A stretch of 64,000 nt of DNA from Macrostomum lignano (Eukaryota): NCBI GenBank assembly GCA_002269645.1, contig NIVC01002461.1, forward strand, positions 48,384 through 112,383. The letters are read 5' to 3'. This document shows positions 52,201 to 64,000 of this stretch, piece after piece. The position numbers were made by a program, and so were the translations under genes. How positions within the stretch are numbered: position 1 is the stretch's first letter; each line of letters opens with the position of its first letter. The notes under the pieces were generated by a model. It was not told the origin of the DNA and made no database searches. It saw only the letters and a list, made by a program, of their open reading frames with translations.

Positions 52201-53567
52201 TGGTCATAGCGGCCGCTAGGCCGAACTGCACCGGTATTAACCAGGACTTCCGGCGACCAAATCGAGCCGAGTAGATCGAATCAACCAGCGGTGCCCACAG
52301 TAGTTTGAGCGAGAATGGCCAGAATACGAAGGAAAATGTACCCTGAGCTGTGTAGCTCACCTGGGCGGCGTGCGGTTATGGGGGTTATTTGGCAAGAAAG
52401 TGTCATTGGATGTTAAAATGCTAAACATACCTGGCCAAAACCTTATCACGCTCAAAGCAATGGGGTCTAGTGGAGAGGTTGAACAAACAAATAAAGTCTA
52501 TAATCACGCGTTTAGTAGACAAATGATCACATTGATTGGGATCTTATTATTCCGGGCAGAAAGTGTGAAGTCGTGAAGACTCCGGGCAGAAAGTGTGAAG
52601 TCGTGAAGACTCCGGGCAGAAAGTGTGAAGTCGTGAAGACTCCGGGCAGAAAGTGTGAAGTCGTGAAGACTCCGGGCAGAAAGTGTGAAGTCGTGAAGAC
52701 TCCGGGCAGAAAGTGTGAAGTCGTGAAGACTCAGGAGAGAGAGAGAGAGAGATTGTGAAGGTGCAGTGTAGGGCTGATCACTGGGGCAACTAAGATCGTG
52801 AGAACCAGGATGATCTTGGTGAGAATCCGCAACTGCCTCACCTTCCTAGCCGTGAGAATGTAGGGCACAGAGCCGGCCAGACCCAGCGGTATGCCCTGCA
52901 GCACGTACAGAAATGTGAGCAACAGGACAGATCGCCGATCCTGCGAGCTCATCTCGCCTAGCGACTGAGCAGACAAGTCCCCCATGCCAGCGGGGCCGCC
53001 TTCCACGCTCGGCTGATGAGGATTCGAGTTTTTCACCGGCGAACGAGCCTGCCGCGTCTTCTTGAGCAGTTGAGCAGTTGACGAAGCGGCTTCGGCTTCT
53101 TCAGCTTCTGGCGATGTAGAAGTAGTGGATCCGCTGGAGTTGTCGGCCTCTTCAATATCGTTATCGTCTGTGAGATCTCCGCTAGTGTTGAGAGGCACCT
53201 GTGAGGGAATTTCTATGTCCAAGCTGAGTCCTTCCACTCGCTGTTGCTGCCTGCTGCTTGACCGGCTGTTGCCGGCGACACGACGCTGGCGGGTGGCTGG
53301 GGATGGCAGCGAAGGGAGTCAGGAGGGGCGGGGCGGAATCGAGTTTAGGCGGGCGGAATCGAGTGTAAGGGGGGGCGGAATCGAGTGTAAGGGGGGCGGA
53401 ATCGAGTGTAAGGGGGGCGGAATCGAGTCTAAGGGGAGCGGAATCGAGTCTAAGGGGGGCGGAATCGAGTGTAAGGGGGGGGCGGAATCGAGTGTTAGGG
53501 GGCGGAATCGAGTGTTAGGGGGCGGAATCAGGTGTGCGACACAGTCAATACTAATAGATAGTGACAT
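49285..53567 (-). CDS. SLC33A1: Acetyl-CoA transporter 1 (MFS)
   Basis: Exons ~53295-52842, 52360-51908, 51045-50415 and 49511-49285, with LYVLQGIPLGL, WPFSLKLLWAP, ATQDIAVDGWALTMLS, GGTYMTLLNT and DGYY. An in-frame stop at 53319-53321 requires a short first exon; the candidate ATG at 53567 is uncertain. Confidence 0.93.
49660..50335. repeat. 22-bp minisatellite (atagctcggttgctatggatat) in the last SLC33A1 intron
   Basis: Same family as 36270, 45045 and 48455. Confidence 0.93.
51120..51850. repeat. Complex tandem repeat in an SLC33A1 intron
   Basis: aatgaccgttttatatgag / aatgaccgtcatgcatgatcctc subunits arranged in a longer recurring block. Confidence 0.85.
52550..52735. repeat. 30-bp minisatellite in an SLC33A1 intron
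   Basis: Unit tccgggcagaaagtgtgaagtcgtgaagac. Confidence 0.95.
53325..53530. repeat. 21-bp G-rich minisatellite
   Basis: Unit ggcggaatcgagtgtaagggg. Confidence 0.92.
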
Positions 53568-54059
53568 TTTACTATGATAAAATTTCTTTTAAAACCAAAA
53601 GTAGCATAAAAAGAAAGTCTAACAACAAAGTATACAAACACGCCATAATCACTGACAAAATACAACTTTTATTTTTACTTACTCTTCACAAGCAAATCGA
53701 GTTTACATTTTGGCATTTGGAACACACCTTGATAAGATATTTATTGAGATAAGAATTTAAACGTTTCTGAGCGGGATTAACACAATAATTTTAGTTCATT
53801 AAGCTAAAAAATCCTTCTTCGTAAGCCAGATTACGTAAGTAAAATAAATTTAAGCAGTAAAGAATCATTTTTTTTCAGAGCGATCAAAACGCTTGTATTA
53901 GCTATATATAATAGTACATCACAACAGGAATGATTGGCTTTAGACAAAGTACAAGAATGTTGGCGCAAAAGCGCAGCCAACATGAGTGAAGTTTTATATT
54001 ACGCGATCTTAAGTGCGCATAAGCCTAAAATTAATTGCGAAAATTTATGTAACTCGCGA

Positions 54060-54215
54060 ACTGGAGAACGAACAAACTTTGCAAGTTCTTGTGAACTGAA
54101 GTACAAGCGAACTTTTCAAGTTCTCGCGAACTGAAGTACAAGCGAACTTTTTAAGTTCTCGCGAACTGAAGTACTAGCAAACTTTTCAAGTTCTCGCGAA
54201 CTGAAGCATTTTAAA
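54060..54215. repeat. 35-bp tandem repeat, about 4 copies
   Basis: Unit aactgaagtacaagcgaacttttcaagttctcgcg. Confidence 0.85.
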
Positions 54216-54328
54216 ACTTTAAAAAGTACGCACGAACTTTTCACGTAATGTACTTTTCACTACGCACGTACGCACGGATGAAGTAGGCAAAATTTTAAAC
54301 AGTACATTAGAACCGAAGTACCGGCGTA

Positions 54329-57300
54329 TTAAGGCATCTGGATAACGCTGATACACTCGCGCAACAGTCGCGGTACGGATGCTTCGGTCAAGTCTCTGGG
54401 CTGTTTATAAAGTACGCGACGACGAACGTCTTCGTAGGCGAAGGGCAGCCGCAGCACCCAAAGGTCGCCGGGGCCAAGCGGAATCGGCTCTGGATTGCCG
54501 GGCAAGAACACCGGAGCAGCCGAGACGGACGTGGCGGCCGATTCGCCGCCGGTTTCGGCTACAGCTGGCGCCGATGAGTCCGGCGACGGGGCAGCGAATC
54601 GAACTCGCGGATTGAGCCGAATCCGGACTGGAGCTTGAGGCGCAGCCACCCAGACTCGCATTAGTTGAGCAAATGCCCCTTTGGATTTGTGACAATGACA
54701 CGGTATAAATAGCGGCAGATCTTCGCTAAGCAGCCGTTGAACTCCCTCCTTAACCTGGGTAGCTTGCATCGCGCCGCGCATCATCTGGCCGGGACTCGAT
54801 ACAAAAAATCGGTGCCCAAACGGGCACTCGTGCTCGAAGCCGAACCAAGCTTTGGCTGTTGGCTCGCGTCGAGTGCTTCGATATTGAGACGATTGTTGTT
54901 GTTGCTGCTGTTGCTGTTGCCACAGTTTACTAGCTACAGGTACATTCCAGGGCAGCAGGTGATTAGAGCCGCTAGAGAAGCCCGGCTGTCCAATACCGTT
55001 AGCGTGGCTGTAGCTGTTGTAGCGGCCAACAGACAGCAGGCACCAGCTTTGGACCAACGGCAGATAGCGGCCGATCAGGTCCTCGGTCATCATTCCTTTT
55101 AATTGCCGGATTGACACCTCAGTGTTATTCGATGCTGATAGCCCAGTCTCTATAGGCGATTCAAGCTTCAAGCATTGCCGTTGTTTCCGCTTTAGATCTG
55201 CTTCTTCTTCTAATAATAATTGCTCATCTTCATCGTAGTTGCTGTGCTCGACGGCTAATGCTAGCGGAGTCCTGGTAGGCAATGTGGCTGACGGCTGGTC
55301 CAGCTCGACATCGTCCAACTCTGGACTGCGCAGCGGCGGCAGCAGGTCGCCACTGTTCGACAGCTCCTCCGTGTACTGTGGCTGGGCTGCGGGTTTATGG
55401 TGGGTGTGGCTGCGGGTTTATGATGGGTGTGGCTGCGGGTTTATGGTGGGTGTGGCTGCGGGTTTATGATGGGTGTGGCTGCGGGTTTATGGTGGGTGTG
55501 GCTGCGGGTTTATGGTGGGTGTGGCTGGGAGTTTATGATGGGTGTGGCTGGGAGTTTATGATGGGTGTGGCTGCGGGTTTATGGTGGGTGTGGCTGCGGG
55601 TTTATGATGGGTATGGCTGCGGGTTTATGATGGGTGTCGCTGGGGGTTTATGATGGGTGTCGCTGGGAGTTTATGATGGGTGTCGCTGGGGGTTTATGAT
55701 GGGTGTCGCTGGGGGTTTATGATGGGTGTCGCTGGGAGTTTATGATGGGTGTCGCTGGGGGTTTATGATGGGTGTCGCTAGGGGTTTATGATGGGTGTGG
55801 CTGCGGGTTTATGGTGGGTATGGCTGCGGGTTTATGATGGGTGTCGCTGGGGGTTTATGATGGGTGTCGCTGGGGGTTTATGATGGGTGTCGCTGGGGGT
55901 TTATGATGGGTGTCGCTAGGGGTTTATGATGGGTGTGGCTGCGGGTTTATGGTGGGTATGGCTGCGGGTTTATGATGGGTGTCGCTGGGGGTTTATGATG
56001 GGTGTCGCTGGGGGTTTATGATGGGTGTCGCTGGGGGTTTATGATGGGTGTCGCTAGGGGTTTATGATGGGTGTGGCTGCGGGTTTTTGGTGGGTAAGAT
56101 TAGCTGTCTGCTGATTTAAAATTCGGTTTCTCATGAGGTGAGATAAGATTTCCGAAGGGGTGAGATTAGATGTCTGATGGGATGAGATTAGGCGTATAAT
56201 AGGGTGAGATTCAATGCCTAAATAACGAGGGAGATTAAGCATCTAGTGGGTGAGATTCATGCTTTAGCAAAAAGCAAACAGTGATAGAGACTAAGCTTTA
56301 TAGGCGGTGCTAAGCCGGGATTACAATTAGAGCTTCAAGGTGAGCTAGGTCGATACAATATACACACTTTTATCCTCGGAGCCTCTCCGCTGATAGACTG
56401 GCAGAGGCACAGGCTGGTGCTGGCCGCAGCAGCTGTCAATCAGCCGGCTATAAAAGTGCACATTGGCCTCCTCCCAGTTGAAAGGATCTGGTCGGCTTTC
56501 CAACAGTCGGCCGCACGAGCAGGCGGCCCGCATCGATGTGTAAGCTGACGAATGCGGCATCGCCGGCAGCTGCTGCTGCTGATCAGCCGAGGTGCCGGGC
56601 AGGCTGTGCCGCTCGTTCACGCACGGATGCGAGGTGACGCTCAAGGCTTCGCACATCTGCCGGCCGGACAGCCAGACGCTGTTGCAGCGAGCCTCCAATT
56701 CAGCCAGGTATTTATCGGCTGCCGGGCCTCGGGCATTGTCTAGGAACACCTGCTGGGCCTTGCGAATGCGCTCGGTGTGCACCCGATGGCTGTAGTGGGC
56801 TGGCAGGCCCTCGCGATAGACAGACTCGGCCAGTGGCAGGGCGCTGGCGCACCGGGTCTCCGAGAATTTGCGCACAATGTCGCACCTGGAATTGAGGGAG
56901 AGATAGGGATTAAGGGTGATTAAGCGTTCTTCAGACGCCCCAGGTTAAAGCTGACCAAGCAACTGAGGATCTGAGAGGCTGGCCCAGCAACTGACAATGG
57001 GAGGCTGGCTCAGCAACTGAGGATCTGGGAGGCTGGCTCAGCAACTGAGGATCTGGGAGGCTGGCTCAGCAACTGAGGATCTGGGAGGCTGGCCCAGCAA
57101 CTGAGGATCTGGGAGGCTGGCCCAGCAACTGAGGATCGGTAGTGATACCAGCAACTCCAGAGGGTGAATAAACACATACTTATAACCATTATCCAACTCA
57201 CCTAGCCTTGAACTCGCTCATAACCCTCTGCACGCCTGGGTCCAGATCCGTAAGCAGCAGTTTGTGCAGCTTGTGGCAGACTTTAAACCAGCTCTTGGCC

Positions 57301-59479
57301 GAGACCAGATCCAGCGGGCCGCCGCCAACGCCGCCCTCAGCCTCCGCCTGGTTCATGTGCCGTTCGAGGAATCTGGCGAATTCCCGATTGTACGAACCGC
57401 CCGTCAGCGACTGCATGAATTCATTATCCAACAGTTGATCGTCTGTTAAGTCAACGGGGTCGTCCAGCTCTAGCAGAGACTGAAAGACGCCAGACGGCGA
57501 GGCTGGTGCAGGCGGGCTGACGCAGCAGAATCCGCCGTCTGGTAGACGGCACAAGTTGCCGGCCTCGGGGCCCGTGATGAGTTTTGCGCGGCGGAATATC
57601 TGCGGGCGTGGAGGCAGTGCGCGGGCGGGTTATGGGCACCTGCTGGGTGGGTTATGGGCACCTGTTGGGGCGGGCACCTGTTGGGGCGGGCACCTGTTGG
57701 GGCGGGCACCTGTTGGGGCGGGCACCTGTTGGGGCGGGTTCTAATTGGGGTGGATTCTAATTGGGGTGGGTTCTAATTGGGGTGAGTTCTAATTAGGGTG
57801 GATTCTAATTGGGTGGGTTCTAACTGGGGTGGGTTCTAATTGGGGTGAATTCTAATTAGGGCGGATTCTAATTGGGGTGAGTTCTAATTAGGGCGGATTC
57901 TAATTGGGGTGAGTTCTAATTAGGGCGGATTCTAATTGGGGTGAGTTCTAATTAGGGCGGATTCTAATTGGGGTGGATTCTAATTGGGGTGAATTCTAAT
58001 TGGGGTGGGTTTTAACTGGGGTGGATTCTAATTAGGGTGGATTTTAATTGGGGTGGGTTTTATTTGGGTGGGTTCGAATCGGGTGGGTTTTGATTAGGGG
58101 TGGGTTCCAATTGGTGTGAGTTTTAATTGGGGTGGGCTCCGATTGGGGTGGGTTTTCATTTTTGTGGGTTCTAATTAAGGTGGATTCTAATTGGGACGGG
58201 TTCTAATTTTGGTGGATTCTAATTGGGGTGGCTTCTAATTGGGGTGTGTTTTCATTGGGGTGGATTCTAACTGGGTAGGCTCTAAATAGGACTAAATCAG
58301 CTAGCGACTGAATCAGAGTGTCGCTTTAAATAAAAAATGCTCCACCTGATAAATCTGGCACTGCAAGCTATCAGCCAGAGCTCGTTCGTGACCGCCGTCA
58401 ATTAGCTGCTTAGTAAGATTGCCCGGACTCAGTTGGAAATGGAATAGCACAGCCGGGCATGAGGTCCGACCATTCAGAGTCCAATCTCGGGGCACAGGGA
58501 ACGAGCGATAGGCCTGGCACAGTTGGCCCAGCAACTGCTGACGCAGCTGAGACACCAGCTGTAGGGTTCGTGTTACTGCCGGATTCACCTGCGAAGTTGC
58601 AAAGGGATAATTGAGTAATTAATACGAGCTAATTAACTGGACTTCCGGAGTTAAAAAAGATCCCATAAATCCCACTAAACCGAAAGTATCGAATTCTCCT
58701 GAGCTTTGAAGATCCCATCGATCCCACTGAACCGGAAGTATCAAATTTTCCTGGACTTTGAAGATCCCATCGATCCCACTGAACCGGAAGTATCGAATTT
58801 TCCATAACTTTGAAAATCCCATCGATCCCACTGAACCGGAAGTATTGAATTTGCCTGAAATTTGAAAATCCCATCAATCCCACCGAACCGGAAGTTGGAC
58901 AATCCAACCAACCTGAGTCCCAATACAGTTGAACACAACAACATGCGACACGGAGAACAGGTATAGCAAAGCTCTGATGTTATCAAAATCGGCCGCAGTC
59001 AGCATGGCGGCAACATTAGGCGTGTCCGGATTAAGATCTCGGACAAAAGCGGCGCACAGGTGAGCTAAATGAGCCGGGTCATTCGGTCCGGTTAAGCTTA
59101 GAAACACGGCCCGCTTTCCTGGGCTGTAGAATCCGTGCAGCCTGACCAGCTGCTGCTGATCAGATGCCGACTTATCGGCGGTACTATCGACATCGTCCGC
59201 CACTGTAGCACCGTCGCTTTCAAAACCATTGCCTAGCAACGGCGGTTGAAACGCCGGCCTATCTAATAACTGCAGTTCCAATTGTAGAGTTTTGCTGGGA
59301 CACAACCTGGGATCGGACCGGCCAACAAAAGCCACTACGCGAATTCGCGTATCGCGTCGGGATAAACGATTGAAGTCGAAGTTCGGGGGCAAGGGGAACC
59401 AGCCGGGTTGGCAGGATGGTTGAGACCTCTGCTGATGCTGCTCATGGTGATGATGCTGATAGTGCCTCTGAGTATCCAT
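54329..59479 (-). CDS. SMG8: Nonsense-mediated decay factor SMG8, 5 coding exons
   Basis: Exons 59479-58913, 58588-58346, 57599-57202, 56885-~56366 and 55375-54329. LYLFSVSHVVV, VYREGLPAHY..HARGP-like, CEALSVTSHPC, GFEHECPFGHRF and AQLMRVWV match SMG8 from memory. Confidence 0.9.
55378..56095. repeat. ~24-bp minisatellite in SMG8 intron 4
   Basis: Unit gggtttatgatgggtgtggctgc(g). Confidence 0.95.
56955..57140. repeat. 28-bp minisatellite in SMG8 intron 3
   Basis: Unit caactgaggatctgggaggctggcccag, the reverse complement of the 6375 unit. Confidence 0.92.
57620..58290. repeat. Two adjoining ~19-bp G-rich arrays in SMG8 intron 2
   Basis: gggcacctgttggggc followed by ttctaattggggtgg. Confidence 0.92.
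58640..58900. repeat. ~52-bp tandem repeat in SMG8 intron 1
   Basis: cccatcgatcccactgaaccggaagtatc recurs at ~52-bp spacing. Confidence 0.9.
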
Positions 59480-59559
59480 AAATCAATGCATCAGCGATTT
59501 AAAAAAAGCATATCAAAAGGCCAAGACATTAAGGAATTGAAAGGAGTGGCCTAGGAGTG

Positions 59560-60015
59560 TCTTAGGAGTGACCCACCAGAGAAACAGGTCTCTTAGGAGT
59601 GATCCACTTGAGGAATCAGTGGCTTAGGAGTGACCCGCTTGAGGAATCAGTGGCTCAGGAGTGACCCGCTTGAGGAATCAGTGGCTCAGGAGTGACCCAC
59701 TTGAGGAATCAGTGGCTTAGAAGTGATCCACTTGAGGAATCAGTGGCTTAGGAGTGATCCAATTGAGGAATCAGTGGCTTAGGAGTGACTCACTTGAGGA
59801 ATCAGTGGCTTAGGAGTGACCCGCTTGAGGAATCAGTGGCTTAGAAGTGATCCACTTGAGGAATCAGTGGCTTAGGAGTGACTCACTTGAGGAATCAGTG
59901 GCTTAGGAGTGACTCACTTGAGGAATCAGTGGCTTGGTAGTGACTCACTTGAGGAATCAGTGGCTTAGGAGTGACACACTTGAGGAATCAGTGGCTTAGG
60001 AGTGACCCACTAGAT
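59560..60015. repeat. 31-bp minisatellite upstream of SMG8
   Basis: Unit cttaggagtgacccacttgaggaatcagtgg. Confidence 0.93.
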
Positions 60016-60519
60016 ACTGATGTGTTAGCTAATCGTAGGAGTGACCTGTATGCATACGTATAAACTGATTATCTAAGTAGCAAGACATAACTAAAAATAA
60101 GCGAGAACTAGCAAAAAATAAATTGTGTGCCTTTATTTCAAACAGTATCAGTTTTAGTAGTTTATACAGGTAAGCAATTAAAAAATAAGGACATGATAAC
60201 TACGCAGCATATTATTTAATACGAAATTATAGTTAGCTACTATGCACAATAAGCAATAACCTGAAAATTTTACCGAGATTAAAACAGGCATAACAGATAA
60301 AATGTATATATGTACAAATATGCACACATGTCACGCTTTTAAACAATAAAGACATTTTATAGTGCACGCAGACAATAAAATGCACTGTAACAAAGGACAA
60401 ATACAACAAAACTATGTTAACTGTCTTTGTCAAACCTGTTTTACGAATGGATAGCACTTTTAAGTAAATATCAAGTACATTTGAATGACGGTAAAGGAAT
60501 GAGGGCTGTATAACGGTAG

Positions 60520-61075
60520 ATAAGAGTAGATAATTAGGGTAGCTTAAGGGTAGATGATTAGGGTAGCTTAAGGGTAGATGATTAGGGTAGCTTCAGGGTA
60601 CATGATTAGGGTAGCTTAAGGGTAGATGATTAGGGTAGCTTAGGGGTAGATGATTTGGGTAGCTTAAGGGTTCATGATTAGGGTAGCTTAAGGGTTGATG
60701 ATTAGGGTAGCTTAAGGGTTCATGTTTAAGGTAGCTTAAGGGTTGATGATTAGGGTAGCTTAAGGGTTGATGATTAGGGTAGCTTAAGGGTTGATGATTA
60801 GAGTAGCTTAAGGGTAGATGATTTGGGTAGCTTAAAGGTAGATGATTTGGGTAGCTTAAGGGTTGATGATTAGGGTAGCTTAAGGGTTGATGATTAGGGT
60901 AGCTTAAGGGTTGATGATTAGAGTAGCTTAAGGGTAGATGATTTGGGTAGCTTAAAGGTAGATGATTTGGGTAGCTTAAAGGTAGATGATTTGGGTAGCT
61001 TAAGGGTAGATGATTTGGGTAGCTTAACGGTAGATTATTAGGGTAGATTAACGGTAGAGGGTAGCTTAACCTCAA
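60520..61075. repeat. 24-bp minisatellite
   Basis: Unit attagggtagcttaagggtagatg. Confidence 0.95.
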
Positions 61076-61599
61076 CGTTAGAGGATTAAGGCAGCTTAAA
61101 AGACAGAACTATTGCATCTGATCGATAAGTTAGAAAGGTAGATCGATAGGTTAGCATGAAAATTTCTTAAAAACGGTAACTGCAAAGGTAGATAGGTAAA
61201 TAGTGAATAAATTTTAGTACATGCAGGTTTATTCTTACTCATATTTTCGTTTTATAGCATAAGTATAAATGTTAAACTGACTGCTCTAAACTTGTCGAGT
61301 AAAGTACTCACATCTCGTGCCAAATACATAACTTCGTATATACATATAGCGACGGAATAGCAACATACTTAAAACACAAGTATTAAAGTATGCAGCACTT
61401 TTTTGAACGCAACAACCTACAAGAGCATCGAATAATGTAGCATGATATGAAAAATGAAAATAACATATGAAAATAGACGAATTACAATAGCTGCCAATGC
61501 AGTGCTGATTGCTAGGACCAGATTAAAGTTACTTGAAAATTGACATCATTTTACTTTATTTATTATTTGATTATTAGACAGACAGGGTTGATGGGCCAT

Positions 61600-62730
61600 T
61601 CTAGAGTGAGGTTGGAGGGCGGTTCTAGAGTGGGGTTGGAGGGCGGTTCTAGAGTGGGGTTGGAGGGCGGTTCTAGAGTGGGGTTGGAGGGCGGTTCTAG
61701 AGTGGGGTTGGAGGGCGGTTCTAGAGTGGAGTTGGAGGGCGGTTCTAGAGTGGGGTTGGAGGGCGGTTCTAGAGTGGGGTTGGAGGGCGGTTCTAGAGTG
61801 GGGTTGGAGGGCGGTTCTAGAGTGGGGTTGGAGGGCGGTTCTAGAGTGGGGTTGGAGGGCGGTTCTAGAGTGGGGTTGGAGGGCGGTTCTAGAGTGGGGT
61901 TGGAGGGCGGTTCTAGAGTGGGGTTGGAGGGCGGTTCTAGAGTGGGGTTGGAGGGCGGTTCTAGAGTGGGGTGGGAGGGCGGTTCTAGAGTGGGGTTGGA
62001 GGGCGGTTCTAGAGTGGGGTTGGAGGGCGGTTCTAGAGTGGGGTTGGAGGGCGGTTCTAGAGTGGGGTTGGAGGGCGGTTCTAGAGTGGGGTTGGAGGGC
62101 GGTTCTAGAGTGGGGTTGGAGGGCGGTTCTAGAGTGGGGTTGGAGGGCGGTTCTAGAGTGGGGTTGGAGGGCGGTTCTAGAGTGGGGTTGGAGGGCGGTT
62201 CTAGAGTGGGGTGGGATGGCGGTTCTAGAGTGGGGTTGGAGGGCGGTTCTAGAGTGGGGTTGGAGGGCGGTTCTAGAGTGGGGTTGGAGGGCGGTTCTAG
62301 AGTGGGGTTGGAGGGCGGTTCTAGAGTGGGGTTGGAGGGCGGTTCTAGAGTGGGGTTGGAGGGCGGTTCTAGAGTGGGGTTGGAGGGCGGTTCTAGAGTG
62401 GGGTTGGAGGGCGGTTCTAGAGTGGGGTTGGAGGGCGGTTCTAGAGTGGGGTTGGAGGGCGGTTCTAGAGTGGGGTTGGAGGGCGGTTCTAGAGTGGGGT
62501 TGGAGGGCGGTTCTAGAGTGGGGTTGGAGGGCGGTTCTAGAGTGGGGTTGGAGGGCGGTTCTAGAGTGGGGTGGGATGGCGGTTCTAGAGTGGGGTTGGA
62601 GGGCGGTTCTAGAGTGGGGTTGGAGGGCGGTTCTAGAGTGGGGTTGGAGGGCGGTTCTAGAGTGGGGTGGGATGGCGGTTCTAGAGTGGGGTTAGAGGGG
62701 ATTCTAGAGTGAAGTTGGAGGGCGACTCTA
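61600..62730. repeat. 24-bp G-rich minisatellite, about 46 near-identical copies
   Basis: Unit ggttctagagtggggttggagggc. Confidence 0.97.
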
Positions 62731-62833
62731 AAACAATTTTGATAGTTTGACATTAGTTTGAGATTAGTAAACAACATGAGTACATCTCTGCTTAGCTTAA
62801 ATGGACAAATGACTAGCGTTAATTACATAAGAA

Positions 62834-63377
62834 CTAAGAATCGGAGTCTGCACAGTCTTTAGCCTCATCATCAGCCGGGGATGCTGCATTCCCAGTGGCC
62901 TGATCTTCAGGACCGGCTTTGGCACTGGGTGTATCCGCAACCAGGCCAGTCCCAGCCGTGGGATAAGGATAAGGCTTGCCAGTCACCTTGCACAGATGTT
63001 CAATGGCTAATTGATAGGCCTTTTTAATGCTAGTTCGAAGGCGGCTTCTTTTGGCGTCAACTAGGCGTTCTTTGTCAATCTCGGTGCAAACTCCCAGCAG
63101 CTCGAGTTTATCGGCCATTAACCATTGCCAGGTGCGTTTCTGATCGAAGAACAGTACAAGATAGTCTTCGCCGCGACAGGACTGCAGTACAGAATCTGGC
63201 GGAGCGGGTATTGGCACCCCGTTCTGAGAGTAGCCACTCTTGGGCATGTCGGGATCAATCACTAGGCCTGGATAGGATGGATAACCGCGACATTTGGCCC
63301 ACACTAAGTCCAAGGGTTTTACTGGGCCTTCGCCGCTGCTGGTTGATCGAGACGGATTGCGCGTTCGACTGGGATTC
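62834..63377 (-). CDS. BRPF1: Last exon of a BRPF1/BRD1/BRPF3-family gene (C-terminal PWWP domain); upstream exons not resolved
   Basis: [53 protein letters not shown]. Acceptor ttctag at 63380-63378. The paralogue label is nominal. Confidence 0.88.
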
Positions 63378-64000
63378 CTAGAATTGTTTGTTTAAAGGAA
63401 ACTTCGACTAAGTAGGGATTTAACTGGGTTTTGAACATCAATGAGAAAAAATTTAGCATCAGCTAGAGGAAATTCAAATTAAATAAAATACTTTTCGTGC
63501 TACTTTTAGTAGGCCATTTTCATAGGGTGCAAAGCAATTAGCATGACATCCCGATGTAAACGGTACCTCTGCTAACAAGCGTCCCAGAGTCACTTGCGTC
63601 GCCCAAAGTCGTTGCCGGTGACAAGTAAAATATAAAATAAGCGGCTTCAGAGTCTATACGACTCTAAAAAGACGAGATGTCACGGTAAAAGTCCATTAGA
63701 GGAGTTTTATTGTCTGCGATTCAGGGACGACGCAAGTGAATATGACGCTCTACAGTGACTCTGGGGCAGTTGTGTTGCATCTGAGGCTTTTTAGAGTCGA
63801 TGTACAATCGCTTTGAAGTAGAATAGTATTTCGCATCAATAACAACTCTATTCAATTGTCTACTTGAGTAAGTAGAAACTTAAGTGATAACATGACTTCT
63901 GGACGACTTTTTCACGACTCTTACAATTCTGCAACTAACGTGACGCCCTCGTGACTCAAAAGTAGCCTCTCCGTCGTATAGAGTCGTTTGAGTTGTTAAG

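Noticed and set aside
61540-62777. 390-404 aa GLEGGSRV/PTLEPPSN ORFs
   Set aside because: Translation of a 24-bp minisatellite.

Overview
Eukaryotic (metazoan) genomic DNA. Short GC-rich exons are separated by introns that are mostly filled with intron-specific minisatellites. This architecture and the polyQ tracts remind me of free-living flatworm (Macrostomum-like) assemblies; that is inference, not verified. I could reconstruct six conserved host genes by hand from splice sites and reading-frame phase: an NDR/STK38 kinase (+), a CD151-like tetraspanin (+), a KIF28/KLP-6-like kinesin-3 (-), SLC33A1 (-), SMG8 (-) and the last exon of a BRPF-family gene (-). There are also three orphan or membrane-protein ORFs, two tRNA-derived SINE families and about 35 tandem-repeat arrays. 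The most striking object is a recently inserted, full-length 8.6-kb Ty3/Gypsy LTR retrotransposon (36405-45044, - strand). It has near-identical LTRs, a PBS, a PPT and a CTAG target-site duplication. In the env position it carries an intact, intronless 328-aa ORF fusing an HPD-containing J-domain (Hsp70 co-chaperone) to a chromodomain. A second notable item is a U12-type AT-AC intron in the kinesin gene. Most long ORFs in the supplied track are artefacts of tandem repeats. All alignments and counts were made by eye, and no database searches were run.
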